DNA from: a virus
Lineage: Duplodnaviria; Heunggongvirae; Uroviricota; Caudoviricetes
Virus record (IMG/VR): IMGVR_UViG_3300035034_003552
DNA: 33,175 bases
Direction: 5' to 3' (one strand)
Shown: in pieces, positions 1 to 8,223 of the stretch
Layout: every line of letters starts with the position of its first letter
How positions within the stretch are numbered: position 1 is the first letter of the stretch
Notes under the pieces: generated by a model
Seen by the model: the letters and a program-made list of their open reading frames with translations, nothing else
The model's database searches: none
Told to the model about the DNA's origin: nothing
Made by a program: the position numbers and the translations under genes

Positions 1-1
1 G

Positions 2-622
2 TTCAAGATGATAGATCCAGATATAAGAGGATTTTTATCAACAGTATTACCATTTTATGATCATAAATTTGATGGTTTTCTGAAGGGCGACAAAATACTT
101 GAGAAACTAGAAGAAACTTTTGAAGATAAGGACGAAAATATTCCATTTTATTCTATGGCCACAGATATAGTTTCTGGAGAGTCACTAACTTTAAGAACTA
201 CCGAACCACACAAACAGATAAGAGCGAGTATGTCTCTACCTGGAATTTTATCAACTTTCGAAATGAACGGGAAAACACTTGTTGATGGTGGAGTAAATAA
301 CAACTTTGCTATCAATGTGGCCCTAAGAAAAGGTGCAGATGAGGTAGTGGCCGTAAATGCAGTCGATAGCAAGTTCGACTGGAATAAGCCTCCAAGAGAT
401 GCATTTGAGTGCCTGGAAAGATTTATAACAATTAGAGGTGAGGAAATATCAGCCCGACAAAAAAGTCACGCAGAAAATAAGTTGGGGGATAACTTCACAT
501 TAATAGAACCTGACTTAAGGCCGGGTAATGGTACCGACCCAGGACTAATAAATACATATTCAGAACAAGGGTACAACAAGACAAGAAGCGTCTTAGGGGA
601 GGCTAATAATGGAGTCATATAA
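2..622 (+). CDS. Patatin-like phospholipase, C-terminal part (5' end outside the window)
   Basis: Frame is open from base 2. Typical patatin C-terminal motifs: 'IPFYSMATDIVSGES', 'IRASMSLPGI', 'LVDGGVNNNFAI' (DGG at 284..292), 'GADEVVAVN'. The GxGxxG and GxSxG motifs are not in the window. Confidence 0.85.
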   Translation, partial: FKMIDPDIRGFLSTVLPFYDHKFDGFLKGDKILEKLEETFEDKDENIPFYSMATDIVSGESLTLRTTEPHKQIRASMSLPGILSTFEMNGKTLVDGGVNNNFAINVALRKGADEVVAVNAVDSKFDWNKPPRDAFECLERFITIRGEEISARQKSHAENKLGDNFTLIEPDLRPGNGTDPGLINTYSEQGYNKTRSVLGEANNGVI

Positions 623-1424
623 TAGAGATTCAGTTTATATACTATACAGTAACTTTACAGACAGAAACGGGACTCCAGTAGATCCAGAATCAATGAGCGC
701 TTCTATCCATTATGTTAATGAAACTGTTAACTACCCGTTAGTAGAAGATCTTACAATGGAGAGACTGCAAACCGGTCTTTATTACGCAAAGTATCAGATA
801 CCAGAAGATGCAAAATACGGAACCTACCTCTCAATAATAGAGTGCACAATTGGCGGCATAGATTCAAGAGGCACAGAGACATTTGTAGTTGGAGACCCAA
901 GTGGAAGTGCGGGTTCCAGTCTAATTTCAGTTGTTGGGAAACTGCAGGATGATGACAATGTACCACTTGACAGTGCAGAAATAAGTGCAACAGAAGGCAA
1001 TGAAGAAGTGGCGCGCACAAGAAGTGATAATGATGGTAAATGGGGACTAAGACTCTCCCCAGGTGAGTACACGCTTCATATAAGTCGTAACGGATATCTT
1101 GCCAGAATGTTAGAGATAGTAGTCCCAAGCAATCAGTCATGGTACAACCTGGATATCATAGAGCTTAAGACTAAAACGGCAACAATAGATCAGGGTGATG
1201 GAACCAGAAAAGTAACTGACAAAATCACCGGGCCAGACGGTAAGTCAATGGTCAATGTTAGGGTAAGAGCTTATGCAGCAGATAATGAAGGTGAAATAAT
1301 AGCCCAAGACTATACTGATGAAGATGGTAGATGGGTACTATACCTAGACCCTGCAAGATACAGAATCAAATTCTATAAATATGGATATTCAGTACCAGAT
1401 CCGTTGACATGGGATGTAGATTAA
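609..1424 (+). CDS. Putative virion structural/decoration protein: Ig-like domain plus two carboxypeptidase-regulatory-like (transthyretin-like) domains
   Basis: Two similar repeats: 'VVGKLQDDDNVPLDSAEI...RSDNDGKWGLRLSPGEYTLHISRNGY' and 'VTDKITGPDGKSMVNVRV...YTDEDGRWVLYLDPARYRIKFYKYGY'. Overlaps the patatin stop by 14 nt. Confidence 0.65.
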   Translation: MESYNRDSVYILYSNFTDRNGTPVDPESMSASIHYVNETVNYPLVEDLTMERLQTGLYYAKYQIPEDAKYGTYLSIIECTIGGIDSRGTETFVVGDPSGSAGSSLISVVGKLQDDDNVPLDSAEISATEGNEEVARTRSDNDGKWGLRLSPGEYTLHISRNGYLARMLEIVVPSNQSWYNLDIIELKTKTATIDQGDGTRKVTDKITGPDGKSMVNVRVRAYAADNEGEIIAQDYTDEDGRWVLYLDPARYRIKFYKYGYSVPDPLTWDVD

Positions 1425-1437
1425 AGGAGTGAACTAG

Positions 1438-2037
1438 ATGGCCACACAGATAAACAGCCTTAATTACAATGAATACGGAACAGAAGATACATTATTACCC
1501 AACAATAAATATAGAGTATTTTTAGAACTAGATGACTTAAAAGTAGGATTTAGTTTTTCTTCTAAATACACTCCTTTATATTCAGATGTGGAAACTATAG
1601 ATAGCGATATAGGTCCATTCATAGAGGGCTTTAGTGATGATGAGATAAACAGACAGATACACACTGTAAGCATAGAAGCTCAGAACATGGCTTTTAATGA
1701 AAATGAATTCGCCTCAGATGAAGCATTTGATTATGAAAACCCTCCTTATAACGTAACCCAATACGTAAGATACAAAACAGAATACAATCTTGCTAAAAAG
1801 CAGTACATGAAGATGGCCCGAGCGAGTGGAAGTAAAAAATCTCTCGGGGATCTTAATATAGATAAAGGTTACAGCCTAGGTGATTTAAAAGATTTACTTG
1901 AAATGTTAAAAGACGACCTAGCACCATGGGTTGACCAATTAACAGGTAGAACTGGTAGAGGACAGGCGGGCATGGTTTATTTCACCAAATCTGGAAATAC
2001 GGAATCTCCTCTAACCAATGAACGGACTGGTTTTTAA
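1438..2037 (+). CDS. Putative head-tail adaptor (neck) protein
   Basis: RBS AAGGAG at about 1424..1429. Helical adaptor-like core ('PLYSDVETI...FSDDEINRQIH...VTQYVRYKTEYNL...SKKSLGDLNI'). Positioned just before the second neck gene and the sheath. Confidence 0.55.
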   Translation: MATQINSLNYNEYGTEDTLLPNNKYRVFLELDDLKVGFSFSSKYTPLYSDVETIDSDIGPFIEGFSDDEINRQIHTVSIEAQNMAFNENEFASDEAFDYENPPYNVTQYVRYKTEYNLAKKQYMKMARASGSKKSLGDLNIDKGYSLGDLKDLLEMLKDDLAPWVDQLTGRTGRGQAGMVYFTKSGNTESPLTNERTGF

Positions 2038-2558
2038 TGGGCGTAGACTTAAGAGAAGAACTTTCGGAGATATTAAATGAATACGGTCACAAGATTCTAC
2101 TGCAGAGAAGAAGTAAAAAGATGCACTGCAGGTGCTGGAATTCAGATACAAATGAGGCTGATCCAAGATGTCCTTATTGCAATGGATCTGGCTGGGTAAA
2201 CAGGATGGAAAGCCACATGGTAAGAAGAGACCGGGGCAGTCTGCCGGTATCATGGGCTAGTAGAGATAAGAATACTGAGATTGGAAAACAGATGCAGGAT
2301 GCTGACGTTTATTACTTCATGCATGATGTTTATCCAAGAGTTGGGGATATTCTGTATGAAGTTGGATGGGATGAACGAAATCAGCCTACTCACATAATAA
2401 AAGCTGCAGAAATAAGTTATACATTTCCTCATAGATCAGATAATGGAAGAATAGAATACTTTCAGGCAAGCTGTTCCAATAAGATAATGGATAAATCATT
2501 TAAGTCTATTCAAGTAAGAAACATAGGTAAAATAAAAAACTATGAACCTATTAAATAA
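2037..2558 (+). CDS. Putative head-closure/neck protein with Cys cluster
   Basis: TAATG stop/start overlap. 'HCRCW...ADPRCPYCNGSGW' Zn-finger-like insert of the kind seen in neck proteins of large Firmicutes myoviruses. Position supports the call. Confidence 0.55.
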   Translation: MGVDLREELSEILNEYGHKILLQRRSKKMHCRCWNSDTNEADPRCPYCNGSGWVNRMESHMVRRDRGSLPVSWASRDKNTEIGKQMQDADVYYFMHDVYPRVGDILYEVGWDERNQPTHIIKAAEISYTFPHRSDNGRIEYFQASCSNKIMDKSFKSIQVRNIGKIKNYEPIK

Positions 2559-2576
2559 AAAAAGTAAGGTGTTTAT

Positions 2577-4145
2577 ATGTTATCAACAACAATAGAGTAT
2601 AACTTTAAAAAATACAAAAATATGATACCAGATGACATAGATTCTACTGGAAGACTTGTTATCTTAGGGACGGCAACAGATGGTCCAGTAATGTCCCCTG
2701 TGCCAGTAAGAGACCCGGCCAATATAGATAGGATATTTGGACCACCATCAGAAAGCAGGTTATCAAGATTTGGCAGATCGGCCTTTTTAAACGGTGTTGA
2801 TGAGGTAATACTATTTCGAATAAGTGGTAAAGAAGCCGATGGAAGGCTGTACGGTTTAAATAGTAGGCTCGATGTTGTAGAAGGTCTTAAATTAAGATCA
2901 CTGTTCGGTGGAGAAAAGTACAATGAAATTAATGTAGAGATAACAAATAATCAGCTGATATTCAACTATGAAGACTTCACTAAAAGTTATGATTTTAAAG
3001 AGTACCCAAATCTCGGTTCTTTAAGTTATGCAATTAATAAGGACGCCGAAAAGGGTGAGAATTTAGTTTATACTCATACGGAAAATAATAGCATTAAATC
3101 AACATCTTTGGCAGTTATAAATGACAGAGAAATAACACTAAGCGGCGGCAGAGATGGGCTGGATTTAACAAAGAATGAAATATACATACAACTGAACAAT
3201 GCTTACGATATACTCTCAGATTACCCCGCAGAAATCTACCTTCCAATAGATGCTTATATAGATGACACTTACCCCTACTCCTATTATAACGTATCTCCTT
3301 TCGATGAAGGGTGGTACTCAAACCCCCACAAGCTGGATGAAGATATCTGGCTCACCTTAGTAGAAGATAATGGAACCCCCGCAAATTTCGGTAAACAACT
3401 CATAAGATTTTGCAAAGAAAGACAGGACAAAGGATTAAGAGGAATAGGTGTTATAGGGACAAAGCCAGCCTATAGAGATTCGACATCACTAAGAGGTAGC
3501 GAGTATTCACATATCGGTAAAAAACTGGCAAACCCGATAATAAAGAATTCCTTTAATGGAATAGCAGATAACTACATTTTAAACAATCTGTATCTTTTAT
3601 CCATAGTAGGATCAGATGCAGTCACTACTTACAGCCACTACGGCTACGAAGAAAACGGAGCTATAAATTACGCTTCCCTCGTTTCAAAGCTTTCCCCTGG
3701 TACTTCTACCACTAATAAATCCTTAGAAAATACCGAATTACCCTATGAATACGAAGATGAAGAATTGATCGAGTTAGATGACATGAAATATGTAGTTTTC
3801 AAAGAGTCTATCAGAAAAGGGCTTGTCCCTGTTAATGGAACCACATTCGCCTCTCAAGAAAGTGGGCTGCATTATCTAACCTCAGTAAGAATTCTACAGG
3901 GAGTATTAAATGACATACAGCGTTTTACGGATCCAATGATAGGAGAACCCATCAGAACTACTAACAATTTTGAAACTATCGATGAGGAAGTAGAAAAGAT
4001 ACTTTCTGAAAACAATAATATTAAAAACTATGACTACGATCTTATTGTAAATGATAGTGAAGGTTATATGAAGATTAAATTAGAGATAGAACTTCACTAC
4101 GAAATCAATAAGATCAAGACAAATGTAAGGTTCAATATCAAATAG
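2577..4145 (+). CDS. Tail sheath-like paralog (522 aa)
   Basis: Aligns by eye with the main sheath: 'LVILGTATDGPVMSPVPV' vs 'ILLLGTAVDGPVKTPVPI'; 'LRSLFGGEKYNEI' vs 'FNSLYGGTLYNNI'; 'LSGGRDGLDLTKNEIY' vs 'LRGGKDGMAFSKDELY'; 'STTNKSL' vs 'APTNKRV'. Confidence 0.85.
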   Translation: MLSTTIEYNFKKYKNMIPDDIDSTGRLVILGTATDGPVMSPVPVRDPANIDRIFGPPSESRLSRFGRSAFLNGVDEVILFRISGKEADGRLYGLNSRLDVVEGLKLRSLFGGEKYNEINVEITNNQLIFNYEDFTKSYDFKEYPNLGSLSYAINKDAEKGENLVYTHTENNSIKSTSLAVINDREITLSGGRDGLDLTKNEIYIQLNNAYDILSDYPAEIYLPIDAYIDDTYPYSYYNVSPFDEGWYSNPHKLDEDIWLTLVEDNGTPANFGKQLIRFCKERQDKGLRGIGVIGTKPAYRDSTSLRGSEYSHIGKKLANPIIKNSFNGIADNYILNNLYLLSIVGSDAVTTYSHYGYEENGAINYASLVSKLSPGTSTTNKSLENTELPYEYEDEELIELDDMKYVVFKESIRKGLVPVNGTTFASQESGLHYLTSVRILQGVLNDIQRFTDPMIGEPIRTTNNFETIDEEVEKILSENNNIKNYDYDLIVNDSEGYMKIKLEIELHYEINKIKTNVRFNIK

Positions 4146-4159
4146 GAGGCTTTAATTAA

Positions 4160-4726
4160 ATGGGGGACTTTTTACAAGCAGATTCATTTGCAAATATATA
4201 TGACTTTACTTCCCTACTTAAAGATTTAACAGGTAAAGCGTGGGGAGAAGATTGGGGTCAATTGAGGCCACATTTTTCATCTACTGAAAATGCAGAAGAT
4301 GTCCCACTCCCAATAATAACTCATGAAGTTGTTAAAAGAATTCCAACACCAGAAAGGGGTGAAATAAAGCCTAGAATACGAGATAAAATACAAGATCCTG
4401 AAACTGGTGAATACATTAATTTATATGGCCAATGGTTTGATTACACTCTCCAGTTTAATATTTGGGATAAAACAGTTTCTAATGTGATAGAACTTCTTAA
4501 CGACCTTGAAGAGTTGATACTAACATATACGGGATACTTCAAACAACAGGGAGTATCTGAAATCTATTTCGACGAACAGCTTAGAGACGATAAGCTTACC
4601 AGCTGGGACGACTCTTTAAATGTGAGAAGCATTAGATACAAGGTCAGAATAGAAGCCCTACAGGTCATTAGAACTGGAGTCTTAGAAGATGTCGACATTG
4701 AAACAGAGATTAAAGATAAATTATAG
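4160..4726 (+). CDS. Putative tail terminator/completion protein
   Basis: RBS AGGAGG. 188 aa, immediately upstream of the sheath. The 'YTLQFNIW...ELLNDLEELI...RSIRYKV' pattern fits tail-terminator folds. Mainly a positional call. Confidence 0.5.
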   Translation: MGDFLQADSFANIYDFTSLLKDLTGKAWGEDWGQLRPHFSSTENAEDVPLPIITHEVVKRIPTPERGEIKPRIRDKIQDPETGEYINLYGQWFDYTLQFNIWDKTVSNVIELLNDLEELILTYTGYFKQQGVSEIYFDEQLRDDKLTSWDDSLNVRSIRYKVRIEALQVIRTGVLEDVDIETEIKDKL

Positions 4727-4741
4727 AGGAGGAATAAATAA

Positions 4742-7081
4742 ATGCCAGAATTGACAAATAATTTACCAGGGTTCAAGACTGAACTCAAAGATGGCGGACT
4801 TACTATTTCCAAAGACACAAATGCTTCGACAAATAGTATCCTGTTGCTTGGTACAGCAGTAGATGGTCCAGTTAAAACTCCAGTACCTATTTCAAGACTG
4901 GAAGACGGAAAGACAGTATTTGGCAAGATCAGTGAATATGGGGTGAGTAATGGTGCCACCCTGCTTAGAGGCTTAAACGAAGCTTGGGATGCTGGTGCTC
5001 GTGATGTTAGATTGATGCGTGTGACAGGTGCTGAAGCTGAAGGAGCTCTAGAAGCAGATACCATTACAACAAATATCCGTAGAGAAAAGCATGAAAACCT
5101 TGGGCTTGCAGATGGGAACTTAGAGTTTACATTTACAGTTTCTAATGCGCCAGTTTACGACAAGGAGAGAATGACAGTATATGCTAACGGTTATGAGATT
5201 GACCCTACAGACGTTACTGTAGATACAGCTTTAGGTGAAGTAACAATCGCCAAAGATGCCGTAAACAGTGGATCTGAAATCAGTCTTCAGTACACATACC
5301 CTGAAGAAACCATCCATAGTATAACAGGAGAACCTTTAGTATCCAATGACCAGACAGAATATATTTCTCAAAATGGATATATTAACTGGGCAACTGGAAG
5401 CGAGATTGTATATGTTAACGGGACAGAGCAGACAGAAGCTACAGATTACACAGTAGATGAAGTCTCTGGAACTATTACATTCTTAAGTCCGCTTGCAGAA
5501 TCAGATGAAGTAACAGCAGATTTCGATTACATTGAAACTGAGGATGTTACCACAACTGAAAGTACTGATGATCTAGGTAACAAGTGGGTTGCTACTGGTA
5601 GTGCACAGGTAATGGATATTGAGTACAAAGCAGTATCTACATCAGTTAACCTTTATGCTGATAGTCAGCCTGTAAGTGAGGAGAACTTCACAGTTAACTC
5701 CGATCAAAAGAAAATTATACTCCAGAGTGGTGGAGCTCCAGTTAATGCATCTATCACAGTATCCTATGTTTACAGAACAACAAAGACAGTAACACCTAAG
5801 ATAGAGTTTAATTCTCTATATGGTGGAACTCTCTACAACAACATCACATTAGCTGTAGAAGATCTACTGGATAAAGACGATAACGTAATCGGTAAAAAAG
5901 TTATCATAACAAAGCCTAATGAGAAAAAGGCAGAGATGGATGAGCAGCCGTTAGAATTTACATCTATCGAATATCCTAGATTCAACTCGCTAGTTAAGGC
6001 TATTAACGATGCAGCTGATAATAACGTAGTTAAAGCTGATACATCTGATGGAGCTACTCAAACAGTAGATCTCCAGCTAACACCAGCCAAACCGCTTAGA
6101 GGCGGGAAAGATGGCATGGCGTTCAGTAAAGATGAGCTTTATGAAACCCTAGAAGGTAAAGTGGATGAAAACGGAGACAAGATCGAAGAAGGTATCTATG
6201 ATCTGCTTAGAAACTACAGTGTAGATATGATAGTACTTCTCGACGGTTTTGCAGACGACATCCTAGCATCCGATCTTAATGATTTCGCTTACCAGCTGGC
6301 AGAACACTGTGCGATTGTAAGTGCCCAGAACAACGAAACATTTGGTCTGATAGGTACTAAGTCAATCGAAGATTCCAGTCTTGCAGGAGTGAATCAATTT
6401 GTAAGAGATAAGATCGAAGAGGGAGAGAATGAATACTTCCTTAGAAATGATAGAGGTGCCTTAATCTTGGATGATAATGGTAACCCAATCGATATTGGTA
6501 ACAGTATCGGTGTAGTTGCAGGTCCTGACTTCGTATTCGAACACCAGGAACTTGGTAACTACTATGCTAATGGCACAGCTGCTATGGCAGGATTGATCTC
6601 TACATTAGAACCAGAGAGTGCTCCTACAAATAAAAGAGTTAAGGGTGTTAAAGGATTAAGATACACACTTTCACCTAGCCAGTTAGGTAAATTAACTGAC
6701 AATCAGTATCTGACAGCAAGAAGTAAGTACGGTAAAGGAGTCGTTATAACAGACGGAGTTACCGCCGCACTTCCTGATAGTGATTATGCAAGAATTTCAA
6801 CAATGCGTATCACAAATGCTGCAGTTTCAACAGTTCGCGAGGAAGCAGATCCTTATGTAGGTGAACCAAACGAATTGGAGTATAGAAACGCATTAGCAAC
6901 AGCCATTCAGAGCGGTCTTGACCAAATGAAAGGTGATGGTGCACTGAGAGATTTCGAATTCTCAATCCACTCTAGCCTGCAGGATCAAGTACTAGGTAAG
7001 TCCTTAATTGAGCTTACTCTTGTACCAGCCTTTGAAATGCGTGAAATAACAATAGTAGTATCTTTGAAAGCACAGCTGTAA
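4742..7081 (+). CDS. Major contractile tail sheath protein (779 aa) with inserted Ig-like repeats
   Basis: RBS GAGGAGG. Sheath N-terminal 'LLGTAVDGPVKTPV' and C-terminal 'DSDYARISTMRI...YVGEPN...LRDFEF...IELTLVPAFEMREITIVVSL'. High-expression codon style (GCT/ACT/GGT/AAC). Confidence 0.92.
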   Translation: MPELTNNLPGFKTELKDGGLTISKDTNASTNSILLLGTAVDGPVKTPVPISRLEDGKTVFGKISEYGVSNGATLLRGLNEAWDAGARDVRLMRVTGAEAEGALEADTITTNIRREKHENLGLADGNLEFTFTVSNAPVYDKERMTVYANGYEIDPTDVTVDTALGEVTIAKDAVNSGSEISLQYTYPEETIHSITGEPLVSNDQTEYISQNGYINWATGSEIVYVNGTEQTEATDYTVDEVSGTITFLSPLAESDEVTADFDYIETEDVTTTESTDDLGNKWVATGSAQVMDIEYKAVSTSVNLYADSQPVSEENFTVNSDQKKIILQSGGAPVNASITVSYVYRTTKTVTPKIEFNSLYGGTLYNNITLAVEDLLDKDDNVIGKKVIITKPNEKKAEMDEQPLEFTSIEYPRFNSLVKAINDAADNNVVKADTSDGATQTVDLQLTPAKPLRGGKDGMAFSKDELYETLEGKVDENGDKIEEGIYDLLRNYSVDMIVLLDGFADDILASDLNDFAYQLAEHCAIVSAQNNETFGLIGTKSIEDSSLAGVNQFVRDKIEEGENEYFLRNDRGALILDDNGNPIDIGNSIGVVAGPDFVFEHQELGNYYANGTAAMAGLISTLEPESAPTNKRVKGVKGLRYTLSPSQLGKLTDNQYLTARSKYGKGVVITDGVTAALPDSDYARISTMRITNAAVSTVREEADPYVGEPNELEYRNALATAIQSGLDQMKGDGALRDFEFSIHSSLQDQVLGKSLIELTLVPAFEMREITIVVSLKAQL
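5123..5773 (+). repeat. Three degenerate beta-sandwich (Ig-like) protein repeats inserted in the sheath
   Basis: 'TVYANGYEIDPTDVTVDTALGEVTI...ISLQYTY' / 'IVYVNGTEQTEATDYTVDEVSGTITF...VTADFDY' / 'NLYADSQPVSEENFTVNSDQKKIIL...ITVSYVY'. This block is absent from the sheath paralog. Confidence 0.7.
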
Positions 7082-7116
7082 TTTAATAGAACATCATAAA
7101 TTATAACAGCATAAAA

Positions 7117-7142
7117 GTCCCGGGCTATTAAGGCCCGGGCAC
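7117..7142. terminator. GC-rich hairpin after the sheath gene (no + strand U-tract)
   Basis: CCCGGGC-tattaag-GCCCGGG. Followed by acaaaaac on +. The upstream AAAA would give a short U-tract on the - strand. Confidence 0.55.
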
Positions 7143-7167
7143 AAAAACACAAGAGGAGGCACAAATA

Positions 7168-8175
7168 ATGAGCAAAAAAACTGGTAATAACTTAGTTGAC
7201 CAGTATAGAAAGACATTTACATCTTTTAGTGGTGCTGATATTGTTGCTACATTTGCTGGAAAGGTAATCGGTGAATTGCAGCAGATTAGTTACTCTGTTA
7301 GCAGAGAGAAGGCTCCTATATATACTTTAGGTAGCTCAAACCCAAGAAGTTTCTCTCGAGGTAAAAGAGGTGTTGCTGGAAACCTAGTGTTTGCAGTATT
7401 TAATAGAGACGCACTTGTTGAAACCTTGAAAGAAGAGTTGGGTGACAGCTTAGGATATACAGCGGCTGGTAATACATCTGGCGGACTTAATAACATCAGT
7501 AAAGGACAGGATGACTTACTAAGAAAGAATAAGATCCTGGCTTCTACTATGGAAGATTGGAACGCCGCAACAGAAGAATTTGTTGGAGATGACGGTGGAG
7601 GTTTCGTTCAGATGGACGAAGTTAACCACGCAGATCAGCTGCCACCATTCAATATCGGGGTCAAATTGGCCCATATAGCGTAAACTGCTGGAACGCCCTA
7701 AAGCCATCTATACCACAACAGAACTGGTGACAGTAAATGTGATGGTTTAAAAAATAGATGGATAACATAATGGGTAATCAGCATCCAAGGGGCTATGGCA
7801 ACATAGTTCAAGGTTCAACGACTACTAAAAGTATCCTTCACGGATATGAGTAAGGGGTAATTGAGGTAACTCTTTTATCTGACACGTTACTGGCAATTTG
7901 CAGAAGATATAGTCTGTTCTTGTGTGAGAGCATAAGAGGTAGGCAGAGATGACCTATCTAAATAACAAAAAAGCAACTTCGCTAATGAATATGGACAGCA
8001 GGCACACTTTGAATTATTCGGCGTAGAAATCTTAAATGAGGGCGCTGGAATGTCTATCGATGATGTAGTAACAGAAAAGGCAGTAAGTTTCGTTGCTAGA
8101 AATGTTTCTTCTATCACATCTGGACCTAAAAATAGCGGTTCTTCCATTAAGGAAAGAGCTGGCAAAATTAGATAA
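7168..8175 (+). CDS. Major tail tube protein, split by a group I intron: join(7168..7661,7974..8175), 231 aa
   Basis: Exon 1 '...DQLPPFNIG' plus exon 2 '(V)NFANEYGQQAHFELFGVEILNEGAGMSIDDVVTEKAVSFVAR' aligns without gaps to the next paralog 'ELPPFDIVISFGSEYSKKSKMVIKGVTIVDEGQVMSINDMITENTMSFVAR'. The 171-aa ORF-track call is the unspliced read-through to TAA at 7681..7683. Confidence 0.9.
7662..7973 (+). ncRNA. Group I self-splicing intron (IA2-like), 312 nt, no homing endonuclease ORF
   Basis: 5' exon ends in U7661 and the intron ends in G7973. P1: GGGU with GCCC (U.G pair). P10: TTG 7666..7668 with exon 2 CAA. P3: TAGCGT 7676..7681 / ACGTTA 7884..7889. P4: TGCTG 7686..7690 / CAGCA 7779..7783. 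P6a: CTATG-GCAA-CATAG. P7: GACTA 7820..7824 / TAGTC 7910..7914 (R 'TCAACGACTA', S 'AAGATATAGTC'). P7.1/P7.2 hairpins present. P9 carries a GAGA tetraloop. Confidence 0.93.
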
Positions 8176-8185
8176 CACAATAAAT

Positions 8186-8207
8186 GCACGGGGTTTGCGC
8201 CCCGTGC
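8186..8207. terminator. GC-rich hairpin after the tail tube gene (no U-tract)
   Basis: GCACGGGG-tttgcg-CCCCGTGC, 10 nt after the exon 2 stop. This also supports 8175 as the real gene end. Confidence 0.55.
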
Positions 8208-8223
8208 CAAGGGGGTAAAAGAC

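Noticed and set aside
7168-7683. 171-aa tube ORF as a complete gene, or a pseudogene/frameshift
   Set aside because: Its last residues (KLAHIA*) are intron sequence. The missing C-terminus lies in the same frame at 7974..8175 beyond a full group I core.
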